In this document: positions 32,017-44,489 of the stretch, one piece after another
Layout of the letters: each line of letters starts with the position of its first letter
How positions within the stretch are numbered: the first letter of the stretch is position 1
Assembly (NCBI GenBank): GCA_963921275.4
Contig: OZ001293.3
Coordinates: 4,864,001-4,928,000 of the forward strand
Direction: 5' to 3'
DNA: 64,000 nucleotides
From: an uncultured Hormoscilla sp.
GTDB taxonomy: Bacteria > Cyanobacteriota > Cyanobacteriia > Cyanobacteriales > Desertifilaceae
Translations under genes and position numbers: made by a program
Notes under the pieces: model-generated
Databases searched by the model: none
What the model saw: only the letters and a program-made list of their open reading frames with translations
Told to the model about the DNA's origin: nothing

Positions 32017-34389
32017 ATGACTTTGTTACTGGTAGGCTGTGGCGAATTAAAGTCACAGACGGAAATAGCTCGGGAAGTCCAGAAAAGCATAGTCTTAATA
32101 GACTATGAGGATAGGTCGGGACATGGAACGGGATTTGTGGTACCAGGTGCAAAAGATGTATGTACTGTAATGACTGCGGTGAAAGGGAGCGAAAAATTGC
32201 AGCTGCAAACTCCAGATGGTAAGGTTTGGCAAGCTAGCCAGATAAAAAGGTTCCCCGACCAGGATATGGCGGTGGTGACTTTTGTCCCCCAGGGGAAAAG
32301 TTGCCCCTATCCACCCGTACAGCTGGGAAATTCAAATAGAGTACAGCGGGGAGAGTCGATATATATTACGGGTTTTACAGAACGAACGGGGGGCGTGGTA
32401 TTTGTCCCGGGAGACGTGATATCTAATAGAAAGAAACCGGGATGGGGAGGGTCAGGCATATCTTACCAGAGTGCGGCGGCGGAAGCAATGATGGGGAGAC
32501 CGGTTCTGGATGCAGCGGGAAGGGCGATCGCCGTGCATAATAGTAACCTGCTTCCAGAAGGTAAGGAAGGGGAAAATTTGGCCCAAAGAGATTTGAAATG
32601 GGGGGTTTCAGTTAATGGTTACGGGGTAAAACCGGTGGCGATCTCCCCGGCATTTGTGGAAAGTTTCGTGAAACTGCCAGGAATGCGCTGCGCGTCCCGC
32701 AGGGATATGCGCTGCGCGCACGCTACGCGAACGAAAGCAGATATGGTGGCGGGTTTGGTGGCGGGTGCTTTGTTGTCCCTCGGGGGACTGGTGAGTTATG
32801 GAGTTTTCAGGGGTAAAGTACCGGAGGCGAAAGGGAAGTTGGAGCGTGGAAATAGGATGTTTGACGAGGAACGGTATGCAGATGCAGTGATAGTTTATAA
32901 TCAGGCAATAGCAGCAGATCCAGAATTGGCAGAAGCTTGGAATAACAGGGGGTTGGCCTTGGAAAAGATGCAACGTCAAGCAGAGGGGCTATCATCTTAC
33001 GATCGGGCATTGAATCTGAAGCCAGATTATCGACAAGCTTGGTATAATCGGGAAGTGGCACTGCGGAAGTTGGAACGCTATGCAGAGGCGGTGTCATCTT
33101 ATGACCGGGCAGTAGAGATTAAGTCGGATTACCATCAGGGGTGGAATAATCGGGGAGTGGCCTTGGGCAGGTGGGAACGCTATGAGGAGGCCCTGGCATC
33201 TTTGGATAGGGCCATAGAATTAAAAGCAGATTATCACGAGGCGTGGAATAATCGCGGGGTGACCCTAGATAAAAAGCAGCGCTATGAAGAGGCGCTAAAA
33301 TGTTACGATTGCGCTGCGCGCACGCTACGCGATCGGGCATTGGCAATTAAGGAGGATTTCCCAGTAGCTTGGAATAATCGCGGTTTGGCCCTGTTTAAGT
33401 TGAAACGCCCAGCAGAGGCGGTACTGGAATGTTTCGATTTTTCGCGTAGCGTTCGGGCGATCGAATTGAAGCGGGATTACTATGAGGCTTGGTACAATCG
33501 GGGCTTGGTGCTATATTACTACCAAAGATATGCAGAGGCGGTGGAGAGTTTTGATGCAGCGGTAGGATATAAACGGGATTATTATGAAGCCTGGTATCAT
33601 CGGGGTTTGGCCTTAGGAAAACTGCATAGCTACCCGGAAGAGGTGTCCTCTTACGATCGGGCAGTGGAATATAAGCCAGATTATCATCAAGCATGGTATA
33701 ATCGCGGGGTGGCACAAGGAAAATTGCATCGCTATGAAGATGCGAATGCGCTGCGTGCACGCTACGCGAACGGATCTTACGACCGGACAATAGGATTGCA
33801 GCCAGAAAATTATACGGCGTGGAATAATCGCGGGGAAATGCTTTCGGTCCTGGGACACTACGAAGAGGCCCTATCATCTTGCGATCGGGCGGTAGCGATA
33901 AAACCAGACTATGAGGAGGGGTGGAATAACAGAGGAGTGGCCCTGGATAAGTTGCAGCGCTATGAAAAGGCGATCGTATCCTTTGAACGGGCGCTACAAT
34001 GTAAGCTAGACTATGCATCAGCCTGGAATAACAAAGGTTTGACTCTGGGCAGGTTGCAGCGCTACGGGGAGGCGTTCTCTGCTTGCGATCAGGCGATCGA
34101 GTTCGATCCGGACTATGCAGAGGCTTGGCATAATCGCGGTTTGGCCCTATCATATTTGCAGCGGTATGCAGAGGCCCTGACTTCCTACGACCGGGCGATC
34201 GCGTTACAGCCAAACTCGGCTTATATCTGGAATAACAGGGGTTGGGTTCTGGAGAATTTACAAGAACATGGCCAGGCGATCGCATCCTATAAAAGGGCGA
34301 TATCCCTGGAACCGAATAATCAAGTGGCGATCGATAATCGCAAGCAGTTATCCAGTCAGCTAGAAGGGGTAACTTCGTATCAATCTTAA
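32017..34389 (+). CDS. Trypsin-like domain plus TPR-repeat protein
   Basis: GHGTGF, DMAVV, LGNS; many AW(N/Y)NRG TPR units. Confidence 0.85.
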   Translation: MTLLLVGCGELKSQTEIAREVQKSIVLIDYEDRSGHGTGFVVPGAKDVCTVMTAVKGSEKLQLQTPDGKVWQASQIKRFPDQDMAVVTFVPQGKSCPYPPVQLGNSNRVQRGESIYITGFTERTGGVVFVPGDVISNRKKPGWGGSGISYQSAAAEAMMGRPVLDAAGRAIAVHNSNLLPEGKEGENLAQRDLKWGVSVNGYGVKPVAISPAFVESFVKLPGMRCASRRDMRCAHATRTKADMVAGLVAGALLSLGGLVSYGVFRGKVPEAKGKLERGNRMFDEERYADAVIVYNQAIAADPELAEAWNNRGLALEKMQRQAEGLSSYDRALNLKPDYRQAWYNREVALRKLERYAEAVSSYDRAVEIKSDYHQGWNNRGVALGRWERYEEALASLDRAIELKADYHEAWNNRGVTLDKKQRYEEALKCYDCAARTLRDRALAIKEDFPVAWNNRGLALFKLKRPAEAVLECFDFSRSVRAIELKRDYYEAWYNRGLVLYYYQRYAEAVESFDAAVGYKRDYYEAWYHRGLALGKLHSYPEEVSSYDRAVEYKPDYHQAWYNRGVAQGKLHRYEDANALRARYANGSYDRTIGLQPENYTAWNNRGEMLSVLGHYEEALSSCDRAVAIKPDYEEGWNNRGVALDKLQRYEKAIVSFERALQCKLDYASAWNNKGLTLGRLQRYGEAFSACDQAIEFDPDYAEAWHNRGLALSYLQRYAEALTSYDRAIALQPNSAYIWNNRGWVLENLQEHGQAIASYKRAISLEPNNQVAIDNRKQLSSQLEGVTSYQS

Positions 34390-34434
34390 TCTGTTATTGC
34401 GAGGGGGGGTAGCTTTTCGAGATGAACCGAAGTT

Positions 34435-34630
34435 TCCTTCCGGAGTTAGGCATTTATTTAGTCTGAGACTAACCATAAGGGGTTCCATTGCATGAAGAAA
34501 GGAACAAAGGGAGTAATCCTGAGTAATTCTACCTGTGACAATAGGCTATCTACCCAGTAGCCGGATGCGGTAAAGAGAGTCCGGTTCCGAAAGGGAGGGT
34601 CGGGAGGTGACAATAGGCTCGACCCCGACT
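34435..34630 (+). ncRNA. 5'-truncated group II intron fragment (DIV-DVI)
   Basis: CCAGTAGCCGGATGCGG...TCCGGTTCCGAAAGGGAGG...CTCGACCCCGACT; aligns with the 3' part of the 9643 intron. Confidence 0.8.
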
Positions 34631-34760
34631 CTTCATCCTACATTATTATGCTAACCCTCCCATCTCCAAAAAAAAGAAGCCTGCCCAAACAGACTTCTGA
34701 CATTACACCCACATGGGAGGTACTTTTCTCTTTCGATTTTTCGCGTAGCGTTCCTGGCAA

Positions 34761-35717
34761 TTAGCTAGCGAGAAATTCCCGGACATTAGCCCGACGCTTC
34801 CGCAACTTGACCAAAGCTTCCCGTTCCAGCTGGCGTACCCGTTCCCGGCTGATCTTCAGATGATCGCCTATTTTGGTCAGCGTCATCGGTTTGTCATAGT
34901 CTAAACCAAACCTGAGAGACAATACCTGTCTCTGCTGCATAGTCAGATCGGCCATCATATTCTCTAACTCTGACTTGAGTGCCGCATACATGGTGAAATC
35001 CTCCGGAGTTGGGCCAGTATCCTCCAAGAGTTCTACTAGTTCTGTATCCTGGTTATCTCCCACCCGCAGATCCAATGATAGCGGTAAGCGTGATCGCTCC
35101 AGATGTTCCAGCACCTGCTTAGGAGTCAAGTCTAACTCCACCGCTAACTCGTTAATTGTGGCAGGACGTCCTAGTTCTTGGGATAATCGACGCTGAGCCT
35201 TCTTGATTTTATTCAACTTTTCGGTTATATGTATCGGCAGGCGAATCGTCCGACTCTTTTCCGCGATCGCCCGAGTAATGGCCTGACGAATCCACCAGTA
35301 GGCATAGGTCGAAAACCGATAACCTTTAGTCGGGTCAAACTTTTCTACCCCCCGCTGCATCCCGATCGTCCCTTCCTGGATCAAATCCAGCAAATCTACA
35401 TTCCGCTTGATATACTTTTTGGCGATGGACACCACCAAGCGCAAATTTGCTTCCACCATTTTGCGCTTCGCCCTTTCCCCCGCCCCGATCGCTCTTTGCA
35501 ACTGGTCCGTTGACAACTCCACCGCTTCCGCCCATTCTTCTGAGGTCGGGGAGCGGTCTAACTTCTCTGCCAGAGTTGCTTTCACCTCCTCCAACCGCGT
35601 CAGGCGCTGCACCTGCTTTCCATAGGTAATTTCCTCTTCATCGGTCAGCCGGGGAACCCGACCAATTTCTCGTAAATATGCCCGTACTGGATCTGTTGTA
35701 TGGTGAGTTTTCTTCAT
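34761..35717 (-). CDS. Group 2 RNA polymerase sigma factor (SigD-like)
   Basis: [51 protein letters not shown]. Confidence 0.9.
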   Translation of the reverse strand: MKKTHHTTDPVRAYLREIGRVPRLTDEEEITYGKQVQRLTRLEEVKATLAEKLDRSPTSEEWAEAVELSTDQLQRAIGAGERAKRKMVEANLRLVVSIAKKYIKRNVDLLDLIQEGTIGMQRGVEKFDPTKGYRFSTYAYWWIRQAITRAIAEKSRTIRLPIHITEKLNKIKKAQRRLSQELGRPATINELAVELDLTPKQVLEHLERSRLPLSLDLRVGDNQDTELVELLEDTGPTPEDFTMYAALKSELENMMADLTMQQRQVLSLRFGLDYDKPMTLTKIGDHLKISRERVRQLEREALVKLRKRRANVREFLAS

Positions 35718-36159
35718 AGCGCTGAGTCTGATAATTGTGTTATTTGCCAATTGTCCGTGCTACGGGGCGAATAGTTAATGTGGCATTAACCATTCGCCCT
35801 GTTCTCTCTTCGATTTTCAAATCCTCTATCTTGGGTTTTCACCGGCACCCTAACGAATGCCAGCGGAACCATCCCGGTCTTAAGAGCCAACAGAGCTAGA
35901 CCGAACACGCGAAGGGCCCCCTCCGCTGCGCGAAAAATCGACAAAGTAGTCGTTGTTAACCAAATCACGTCGGTTGTCATAGCGCTATTTACCTGATTAC
36001 TATTATTTAACTAATCTTAACATTTCTTAGCAAACCTTATCTAGTGCCCAACAGACAAATTTTTATGAGTGCGATCCGATAAACGACGGGACCCTTCGCC
36101 CATAACCCTCTACTGCGAACAGCCCCTGACAGAGATATTCCTCTGAAAAGCCATCCGTC

Positions 36160-36177
36160 ATTACAATTTATTAAACT
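36160..36177. promoter_or_regulatory. Possible HLR1 (RpaB-type) repeat upstream of the sigma gene
   Basis: ATTACAAT-TT-ATTAAACT resembles two TTACA octamers 2 nt apart. Confidence 0.3.
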
Positions 36178-36251
36178 TTCTCAATTCTTGGTAACCAAAT
36201 CACATTCCCAAGCATCGGACCTGGGAATGTTAACTATTTACAAAACGCCCT

Positions 36252-39200
36252 CTATCTGATATAATCCTGTATCGCTTTCACCTCCAGAGGGTGGGATTTC
36301 AAGGAACGGATCGCATCGACTGTTGCTTTAGCACCGGCGATAGTAGTGATAATCGGCAGCTTGTAAGTCAGAGCAGAGCGGCGGATCAGGCGTCCATCGG
36401 TTTGGGCTTCTTCACTAGAAGAGGGCGTGTTGACTAGCAGTTGAATGTTCTCATTTTTAATCTCATCCAGCACATTGGGACGGCCTTCGTGCAGTTTGTA
36501 CAGGATCTTGACATTTTCGACACCTTGCTTTGCCAAGGCGCGGCGGGTGCCCTCGGTGGCAACCACAGCAAAACCCAATTCCATCAGGTCGCGCACTACC
36601 GGTACGACCGCTTCTTTATCCCGATCGCTGATCGATACAAACACGGTACCGCCCAGGGGCAGGCGCACTCCCGCTGCGAATTCGGCCTTAGCAAACCCCT
36701 TGCCAAAATTAGCGTCAATGCCCATCACTTCCCCTGTAGACCGCATTTCTGGTCCCAGCAGGGTGTCGCTGCCGGGGAATTTCTCAAAGGGTAGCACCGC
36801 TTCCTTGACAGAAATGTGCTGCGGGATCCGTTCGGCAGTAAACCCGAGAGATTCTAAGGTCTCTCCTGCCATTACCCGAGATGCTAGCTTCGCCAAGGGT
36901 ACCCCGATGGCCTTGGAAACAAAGGGCACTGTCCGCGATGCCCGGGGGTTAGCCTCCAGAATATAAACCTGTTCTCCCTGGACTGCAAACTGGATATTCA
37001 TCAGACCGATCGCGTTCAGCGCCTTTGCTAGCTTTACCGTCCACTCGCGAATCCGGTCTAAAATGGAGGCTGAAAGGGTAATTGCGGGAAGAGAACAAGC
37101 TGAGTCCCCTGAGTGAACTCCTGCTTCTTCGATATGTTCCATGATGCCGCCGATGACTACGCGCCCGGTACTATCCGCGATCGTATCCACATCTACCTCG
37201 ATCGCCCGTTCCAGGAACTGATCAATTAAGATAGGATGTTCCGGTAGGACCTGGCGAACAAATTTCATGTAGCGTTCCAACTCAACATCAGAATAAACAA
37301 TCTCCATCGCCTGTCCTCCTAACACGTAGGAAGGACGCACTACTACTGGGTAACCAATCCGCTGGACCACTATCAAGGCATCATGATAACTGCGGGCAAT
37401 GCCATTGGCGGGCTGTTGGATCTCCAGTTCCTTCAGAATCTTTTCAAACCTTTCCCGGTCCTCCGCAGTATCGATCGCATCTGGCGATGTTCCCCATATC
37501 TTTGTCGGACCTTCACTTTTCGACAGATATTCCTGTAAGGGAACGGCAAGTTTCAAGGGAGTTTGACCGCCAAATTGGATGATAATTCCTTCTGGTTTTT
37601 CTGTCTCAATGATGTTGAGCACGTCCTCCTTGGTCAGGGGTTCAAAATAAAGCCGATCGCTGGTATCATAGTCTGTTGAGACAGTTTCCGGGTTGGAATT
37701 GACCATAATCGTCTCAAAACCTCGGTCTCGGAGGGCGTAGGAAGCATGACAACAGCAATAGTCAAACTCAATCCCTTGACCGATGCGATTGGGGCCGCCA
37801 CCGAGAATCATTACTTTACGTCGGTCACGAGGAAATGACTCAGTTTCTGACTCGTAGGTAGAGTAGTGATAGGGGGTAAAAGCTTCAAACTCTGAGGCAC
37901 AGGTGTCTACTGTCTTGTAGACTGGTACTACCCCGAACTGCTGGCGGTAAGCGCGGACTTCATCTTCAGTGGTTTTCGTGGCAAAGGCAATCTGCCGATC
38001 GCTAAATCCGAGCTGCTTCACCTCCCATAACTGGTCTTTGATAATCTGGTTCAGAGGAGTCCGCTTCAGAAACTTCTCTGTCTCCAATAAGGATTGCATC
38101 TTGTCTAGAAACCAGAAGTCTATCCCTGTCAGTTCGTAGATATCCTCTAGACTCATCCCCATTTGCAAGGCGTGACGAACTGTGAAAATCCGATCGGGAT
38201 TGGGCGTGCGTAAACCGGCGCGAATCTGCTCTAAACTGGGCAGCATCTCTGGGCGCGCCGTAGGCGTAAAATCGCACCCCCAACCCGCACGTCCCGTTTC
38301 CAGCGATCGCAATGCTTTCTGAAAGGACTCGCAAAAGGTGCGCCCGATGGCCATCGCTTCTCCCACGGACTTCATCTGGGTAGTCAGCACCGGTTCGCTG
38401 CCAGCAAACTTTTCAAAGGCAAACCGGGGGATTTTCGTGACTACATAATCGATAGTTGGTTCAAAGCTAGCAGGGGTCTTCTTGGTAATATCATTCTTGA
38501 TCTCATCGAGGGTGTAGCCTACTGCTAACTTGGCCGCAAACTTGGCGATCGGGAAACCCGTCGCCTTGGAGGCCAGGGCCGAAGAACGCGACACCCGAGG
38601 ATTCATTTCAATCACGATTACATCCCCATTCACGGGGTTAACCGCAAACTGAATATTTGAACCCCCCGTTTCCACTCCAATTTCCCGGATAATCTTAATC
38701 GAAGCATCCCGGAGTCGCTGATATTCCTTATCCGTCAGGGTTTGCGCCGGTGCTACCGTAATCGAGTCACCGGTATGGACCCCCATCGGGTCGAGATTCT
38801 CGATCGAGCAGATAATCACCACATTATCTGCCAAGTCCCGCATCACTTCCAGTTCAAACTCTTTCCACCCGATCAGAGACTGTTCGATCAGCACCTGGGA
38901 CACTGGCGAAGCATCGAGCCCATTTTGGACGATTTGTTCAAACTCTTCCTGGTTATAAGCTATGCCACCACCGGTACCACCAAGAGTATATGCCGGTCGA
39001 ATAATCAGGGGATAGATGCCAATTTTCTGAGCAACTTCTCTTGCTTCGGCTAGGTTATTGGCAATCCCCGAAGGACAGACCGACACACCTATGCGTTCCA
39101 TCGCCTGCTTGAACAGCAGCCGGTCCTCCGCCTTCTGGATCGCCTCCAGCTTCGCCCCAATTAACTCTACCCCATACTTTTCCAGGGCGCCATTCTTTGC

Positions 39201-39506
39201 CAGGGCCACTGCCAAGTTGAGGGCTGTTTGACCCCCCATTGTCGGGAGTAAAGCGTCTGGGCGTTCCTTGGCGATTACCTTTTCCACTATTTCCGGCGTC
39301 AGCGGTTCGATGTAAGTCCGTTCCGCCATTTCCGGGTCCGTCATGATGGTGGCCGGGTTAGAGTTCACCAGTACCACCTCGTAGCCCTCACTCCGGAGGG
39401 CTTTGCAGGCTTGAGAACCACTATAATCAAACTCGCACGCCTGACCGATCACAATTGGACCAGCGCCCAGCAGGAGAATTTTGTGTAAATCGCTACGTTT
39501 CGGCAT
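36252..39506 (-). CDS. carB: Carbamoyl-phosphate synthase large subunit
   Basis: [26 protein letters not shown]; duplicated ATP-grasp domains; MGS tail. Confidence 0.97.
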   Translation of the reverse strand: MPKRSDLHKILLLGAGPIVIGQACEFDYSGSQACKALRSEGYEVVLVNSNPATIMTDPEMAERTYIEPLTPEIVEKVIAKERPDALLPTMGGQTALNLAVALAKNGALEKYGVELIGAKLEAIQKAEDRLLFKQAMERIGVSVCPSGIANNLAEAREVAQKIGIYPLIIRPAYTLGGTGGGIAYNQEEFEQIVQNGLDASPVSQVLIEQSLIGWKEFELEVMRDLADNVVIICSIENLDPMGVHTGDSITVAPAQTLTDKEYQRLRDASIKIIREIGVETGGSNIQFAVNPVNGDVIVIEMNPRVSRSSALASKATGFPIAKFAAKLAVGYTLDEIKNDITKKTPASFEPTIDYVVTKIPRFAFEKFAGSEPVLTTQMKSVGEAMAIGRTFCESFQKALRSLETGRAGWGCDFTPTARPEMLPSLEQIRAGLRTPNPDRIFTVRHALQMGMSLEDIYELTGIDFWFLDKMQSLLETEKFLKRTPLNQIIKDQLWEVKQLGFSDRQIAFATKTTEDEVRAYRQQFGVVPVYKTVDTCASEFEAFTPYHYSTYESETESFPRDRRKVMILGGGPNRIGQGIEFDYCCCHASYALRDRGFETIMVNSNPETVSTDYDTSDRLYFEPLTKEDVLNIIETEKPEGIIIQFGGQTPLKLAVPLQEYLSKSEGPTKIWGTSPDAIDTAEDRERFEKILKELEIQQPANGIARSYHDALIVVQRIGYPVVVRPSYVLGGQAMEIVYSDVELERYMKFVRQVLPEHPILIDQFLERAIEVDVDTIADSTGRVVIGGIMEHIEEAGVHSGDSACSLPAITLSASILDRIREWTVKLAKALNAIGLMNIQFAVQGEQVYILEANPRASRTVPFVSKAIGVPLAKLASRVMAGETLESLGFTAERIPQHISVKEAVLPFEKFPGSDTLLGPEMRSTGEVMGIDANFGKGFAKAEFAAGVRLPLGGTVFVSISDRDKEAVVPVVRDLMELGFAVVATEGTRRALAKQGVENVKILYKLHEGRPNVLDEIKNENIQLLVNTPSSSEEAQTDGRLIRRSALTYKLPIITTIAGAKATVDAIRSLKSHPLEVKAIQDYIR

Positions 39507-39568
39507 AGTTGTTAGCTTGAAGTGCTCCGATTAAACCCAGACTATTTTAGGGGGTGTCACCGTTAAGC

Positions 39569-39673
39569 GTTGTTAGTCATTTATTCATATTTCCTCACCA
39601 TTAACCGGCAGCCAACGATGATTTTTAGTTGTTAGTCATTTATTCATATTTCCTCACCATTAACCGGCAGCCA
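39569..39673. repeat. 46-bp direct duplication (59-bp period)
   Basis: GTTGTTAGTCATTTATTCATATTTCCTCACCATTAACCGGCAGCCA x2. Confidence 0.85.
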
Positions 39674-40079
39674 GCGCCACTCTTCTCTCCTCTGACCGGC
39701 ATATGCAACTGTTGATTTCTGCTGTGCATGCACTACAATTGATGATTTTTAGCAGTAAACAGTATTAATATTATTCCCGGAAATCTTACTAAAATATTGC
39801 TACAGATAGTTCGCCGCTACAGATAGTTCGCCCGGAAATCGCGATTTTTATAGAATCGTTTTTTGCAAAGTAAATACTAAATTTAAAATAAGTTTGCTTA
39901 ATTATTGTTTACATTACGCAAACTGTGCTCTCGTATGAGATGAAAATTTGTCAAAAAACTTAATGAAAAAAATTTTCAAAACTCTTGACAAAAATTTTAA
40001 ATAGTTGAATATATATATCAATAAGCTTCAATCACGCAATAGGCTTATTGATATAGATTCACAGGAGGTAAATGTCGGC

Positions 40080-41125
40080 ATGACCAGCATGACTGTGAAA
40101 TCCTTCCCAGCGGAAGGAGATGGTTTTCCTTGGTGGGCAGGCAACGCTCGTCTAGCGACGCTCTCAGGGCGTTTGTTGGGCGCTCATGTCGCTCACGCCG
40201 GTTTGATAGTGCTGTGGGCGGGAGCCTACACTCTGTTTGAGCTTTCGCGCTTCAACCCAGAACTGCCCATGTACTCCCAGGGCTTAATTGTGCTGCCAAA
40301 CCTGGCAAGGTTGGGTTTTGGCGTTGGTGAGGAGGGAATAGTCAATACCTACCCCTACTTCGTCATTGGAGCTTTGCACCTGATCAGCTCTGCCTTCTTG
40401 GGTTTCGGTGGCATCTTCCATGCCCTGAAAGGACCGGAAACCCTAGAAGAGAATTTTGACTTCTTTGGCTACCGGTGGGACGACAAAGACAAAATGACCA
40501 CCATCCTGGGCATTCACCTGATTCTTCTGGGTATCGGTGCTGAACTGCTGGTGGCCAAAGCAATGTTCTTTGGCGGACTCTACGATCCGACTGTCAGTCA
40601 TGTGCGCGTCATTTCTGGCCCGACCTTGAACCCAGCCGTCATCTTTGGCTACCTATTCGGTGGGGGTGGCACAAACTGGCTAGCAGGTGTCAACAACCTC
40701 GAAGATGTTGTCGGCGGTCATATTTGGATCGGCATCCTCTGTATTGCTGGCGGCATCTGGCATATGAAAACCGAGCCTTTCCCCTGGACAGAACGCCTCT
40801 TTATTTGATCGGGAGAAGCTTATCTGTCCTACAGCATCGGCGCTCTAGCCTTAATGGCCTTTATTGCCACGTTGTTCGTATCCGTTAACGATCTGGTATT
40901 CCCAGTCGAGTTCTACGGACCAACTTTAACTATCGGCATGGATCGCTTTCCCTCTTTTGAAGGTGTAGAGTTGCTGACCTCTCGCACTTGGCTGGCCAAT
41001 GCTCACTTCTGGTTGGGTTTTTTCTTCCTGCAAGGTCATATATTCCACGCACTTCGAGCCGCTGGTTTTGACTTCCGTCAGGGCAAAGTCAGCCAAGCAG
41101 ACAGCTTGACGGAGGAGGTCGCCTG

Positions 41126-41126
<1 letters not shown>
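40080..41126 (+). pseudogene. isiA: IsiA/Pcb (CP43-like) antenna gene 1 with premature stop
   Basis: [24 protein letters not shown] at 40806 replaces W in ...[10 protein letters not shown]; frame continues to 41126. Confidence 0.85.
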
Positions 41127-42946
<1,820 letters not shown>

Positions 42947-42947
42947 A

Positions 42948-44198
42948 ATGACAGCAACTGCAACTATCTCCGAACCCAAGTATGGCTGGTGGGCGGGCAA
43001 TGCCCGTTTGACCAATCTTTCGGGAAAACTTCTGGGCGCTCATGTTGCCCAAGCTGCTCTGATCGTATTTTGGGCGGGGGCGTTGACCCTATTTGAACTC
43101 TCCCAATACAACCCAGCCGAACCGATGTACTCCCAGGGTTTAATTCTGCTGCCTCATCTTGCCAGTCTCGGCATTGGCGTCGGTGATGGCGGGCAAATTG
43201 TCGATACCGCGCCTTATTTCGTTATTGGTGTTTTGCACCTAATTAGCTCAGCGGTTCTGGGTGCTGGGGGCATCTATCATGCCTTGATCGGTCCGGAAGT
43301 CTTGCCTCAAAACCATAGCTTCTCAGGCTTCTTTGGCTATGACTGGGAAGATTGGGACAAGATGACAAGCATCATTGGCATTCATCTGCTGCTGGGACTG
43401 GGGGCTTGGCTTCTGGTCGCTAAAGCTATGTTTGTTGGGGGACTCTACGACCCTAATTTAGAAGCGGTGCGAGTTATATCACAACCGACTCTCAATCCCC
43501 TACAAATTTTTGGCTATCTTGTTGGTCAAAAAGGTGCCGAAGGCATGGCTGCGGTTAACAACTTAGAAGATGTTGTTGGCGGTCATATCTATGTTGGCCT
43601 GTTGTTGATTAGTGGTGGCTTCTGGCATATCCTGACTTCGCCGAAACTGTGGGCGCAGCAGGTACTATTTTGGTCTGGTGAGGCTTACCTGTCTTACAGT
43701 CTGGGTGCTTTGGCTTATATGGGGTTTTTGGCAGCTTATTTCATCACTGTTAATGACACCGTTTACCCGACTGCTTTCTACGGTCCTCTCGGTTTCTCGA
43801 AGACGGCAGCAGGTTTTGTTACCTCGCGCACCTGGTTGGCAACGAGTCATTTTGTGCTGGCTATTCTGTTAATGTTCGGTCATATTTGGCATGCGGTGCG
43901 GGTGCGATCGCTCGCGGCAGGCTTTGATATGCGCCTGGGGCAGTTTGTCACGCAAGTACATAATTTTGATGTGACGCTTTTGTTCTTGCGGAATCTGCCC
44001 ATTTACCGCCGGGGTTTGTCACCTGTATTCAGGGGATTGGAAATTGGCATGGCTCACGGCTATTTCCTGATTGGACCTTTGGTTACTCTCAATTCTATAG
44101 AGGATCCCCAGTTGGCCAATGAAAAGGAAGAATCTTCTCGATTTAGACTCGTACTTCAGAAAAATCGGTTGCGAGTATCAACCAATCATTTGTCCTAA
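42948..44198 (+). CDS. IsiA-PsaL fusion protein, PsaL part truncated
   Basis: Full IsiA domain, then [32 protein letters not shown] (PsaL signature), then an unrelated tail. Confidence 0.8.
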   Translation: MTATATISEPKYGWWAGNARLTNLSGKLLGAHVAQAALIVFWAGALTLFELSQYNPAEPMYSQGLILLPHLASLGIGVGDGGQIVDTAPYFVIGVLHLISSAVLGAGGIYHALIGPEVLPQNHSFSGFFGYDWEDWDKMTSIIGIHLLLGLGAWLLVAKAMFVGGLYDPNLEAVRVISQPTLNPLQIFGYLVGQKGAEGMAAVNNLEDVVGGHIYVGLLLISGGFWHILTSPKLWAQQVLFWSGEAYLSYSLGALAYMGFLAAYFITVNDTVYPTAFYGPLGFSKTAAGFVTSRTWLATSHFVLAILLMFGHIWHAVRVRSLAAGFDMRLGQFVTQVHNFDVTLLFLRNLPIYRRGLSPVFRGLEIGMAHGYFLIGPLVTLNSIEDPQLANEKEESSRFRLVLQKNRLRVSTNHLS

Positions 44199-44489
44199 TA
44201 CTCAGGAGATTTATGAAGCCCTGGCCAGATTAAAACTAATGGCAAATCAATTTCACCCAACTTAATTTTTGACGCGCTGCAGAGGTCGATTTCGATGTCT
44301 GAGGGATGCTAGCGGCTGCGCAGCGGCTGCGCACGCTACGCGAAAAATCGCGCAAAAACCCCTCAGACATCGTACTAACATAATTTGGGGTCTCACAACC
44401 TTTGCTAATTACGTTCCCAGGCAGAGCCAGGGAACAATGCCAATTGCTAATTGCCTTAACAATTAACAATTAACAATTAACAACAACGA

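Noticed and set aside
33395..34285. 296-aa minus-strand ORF
   Set aside because: Antisense to TPR repeats
40806..40808. TGA recoded as Trp
   Set aside because: Trp is TGG elsewhere and TGA ends many intact genes; the neighbouring paralogues are also broken, so nonsense mutation is simpler
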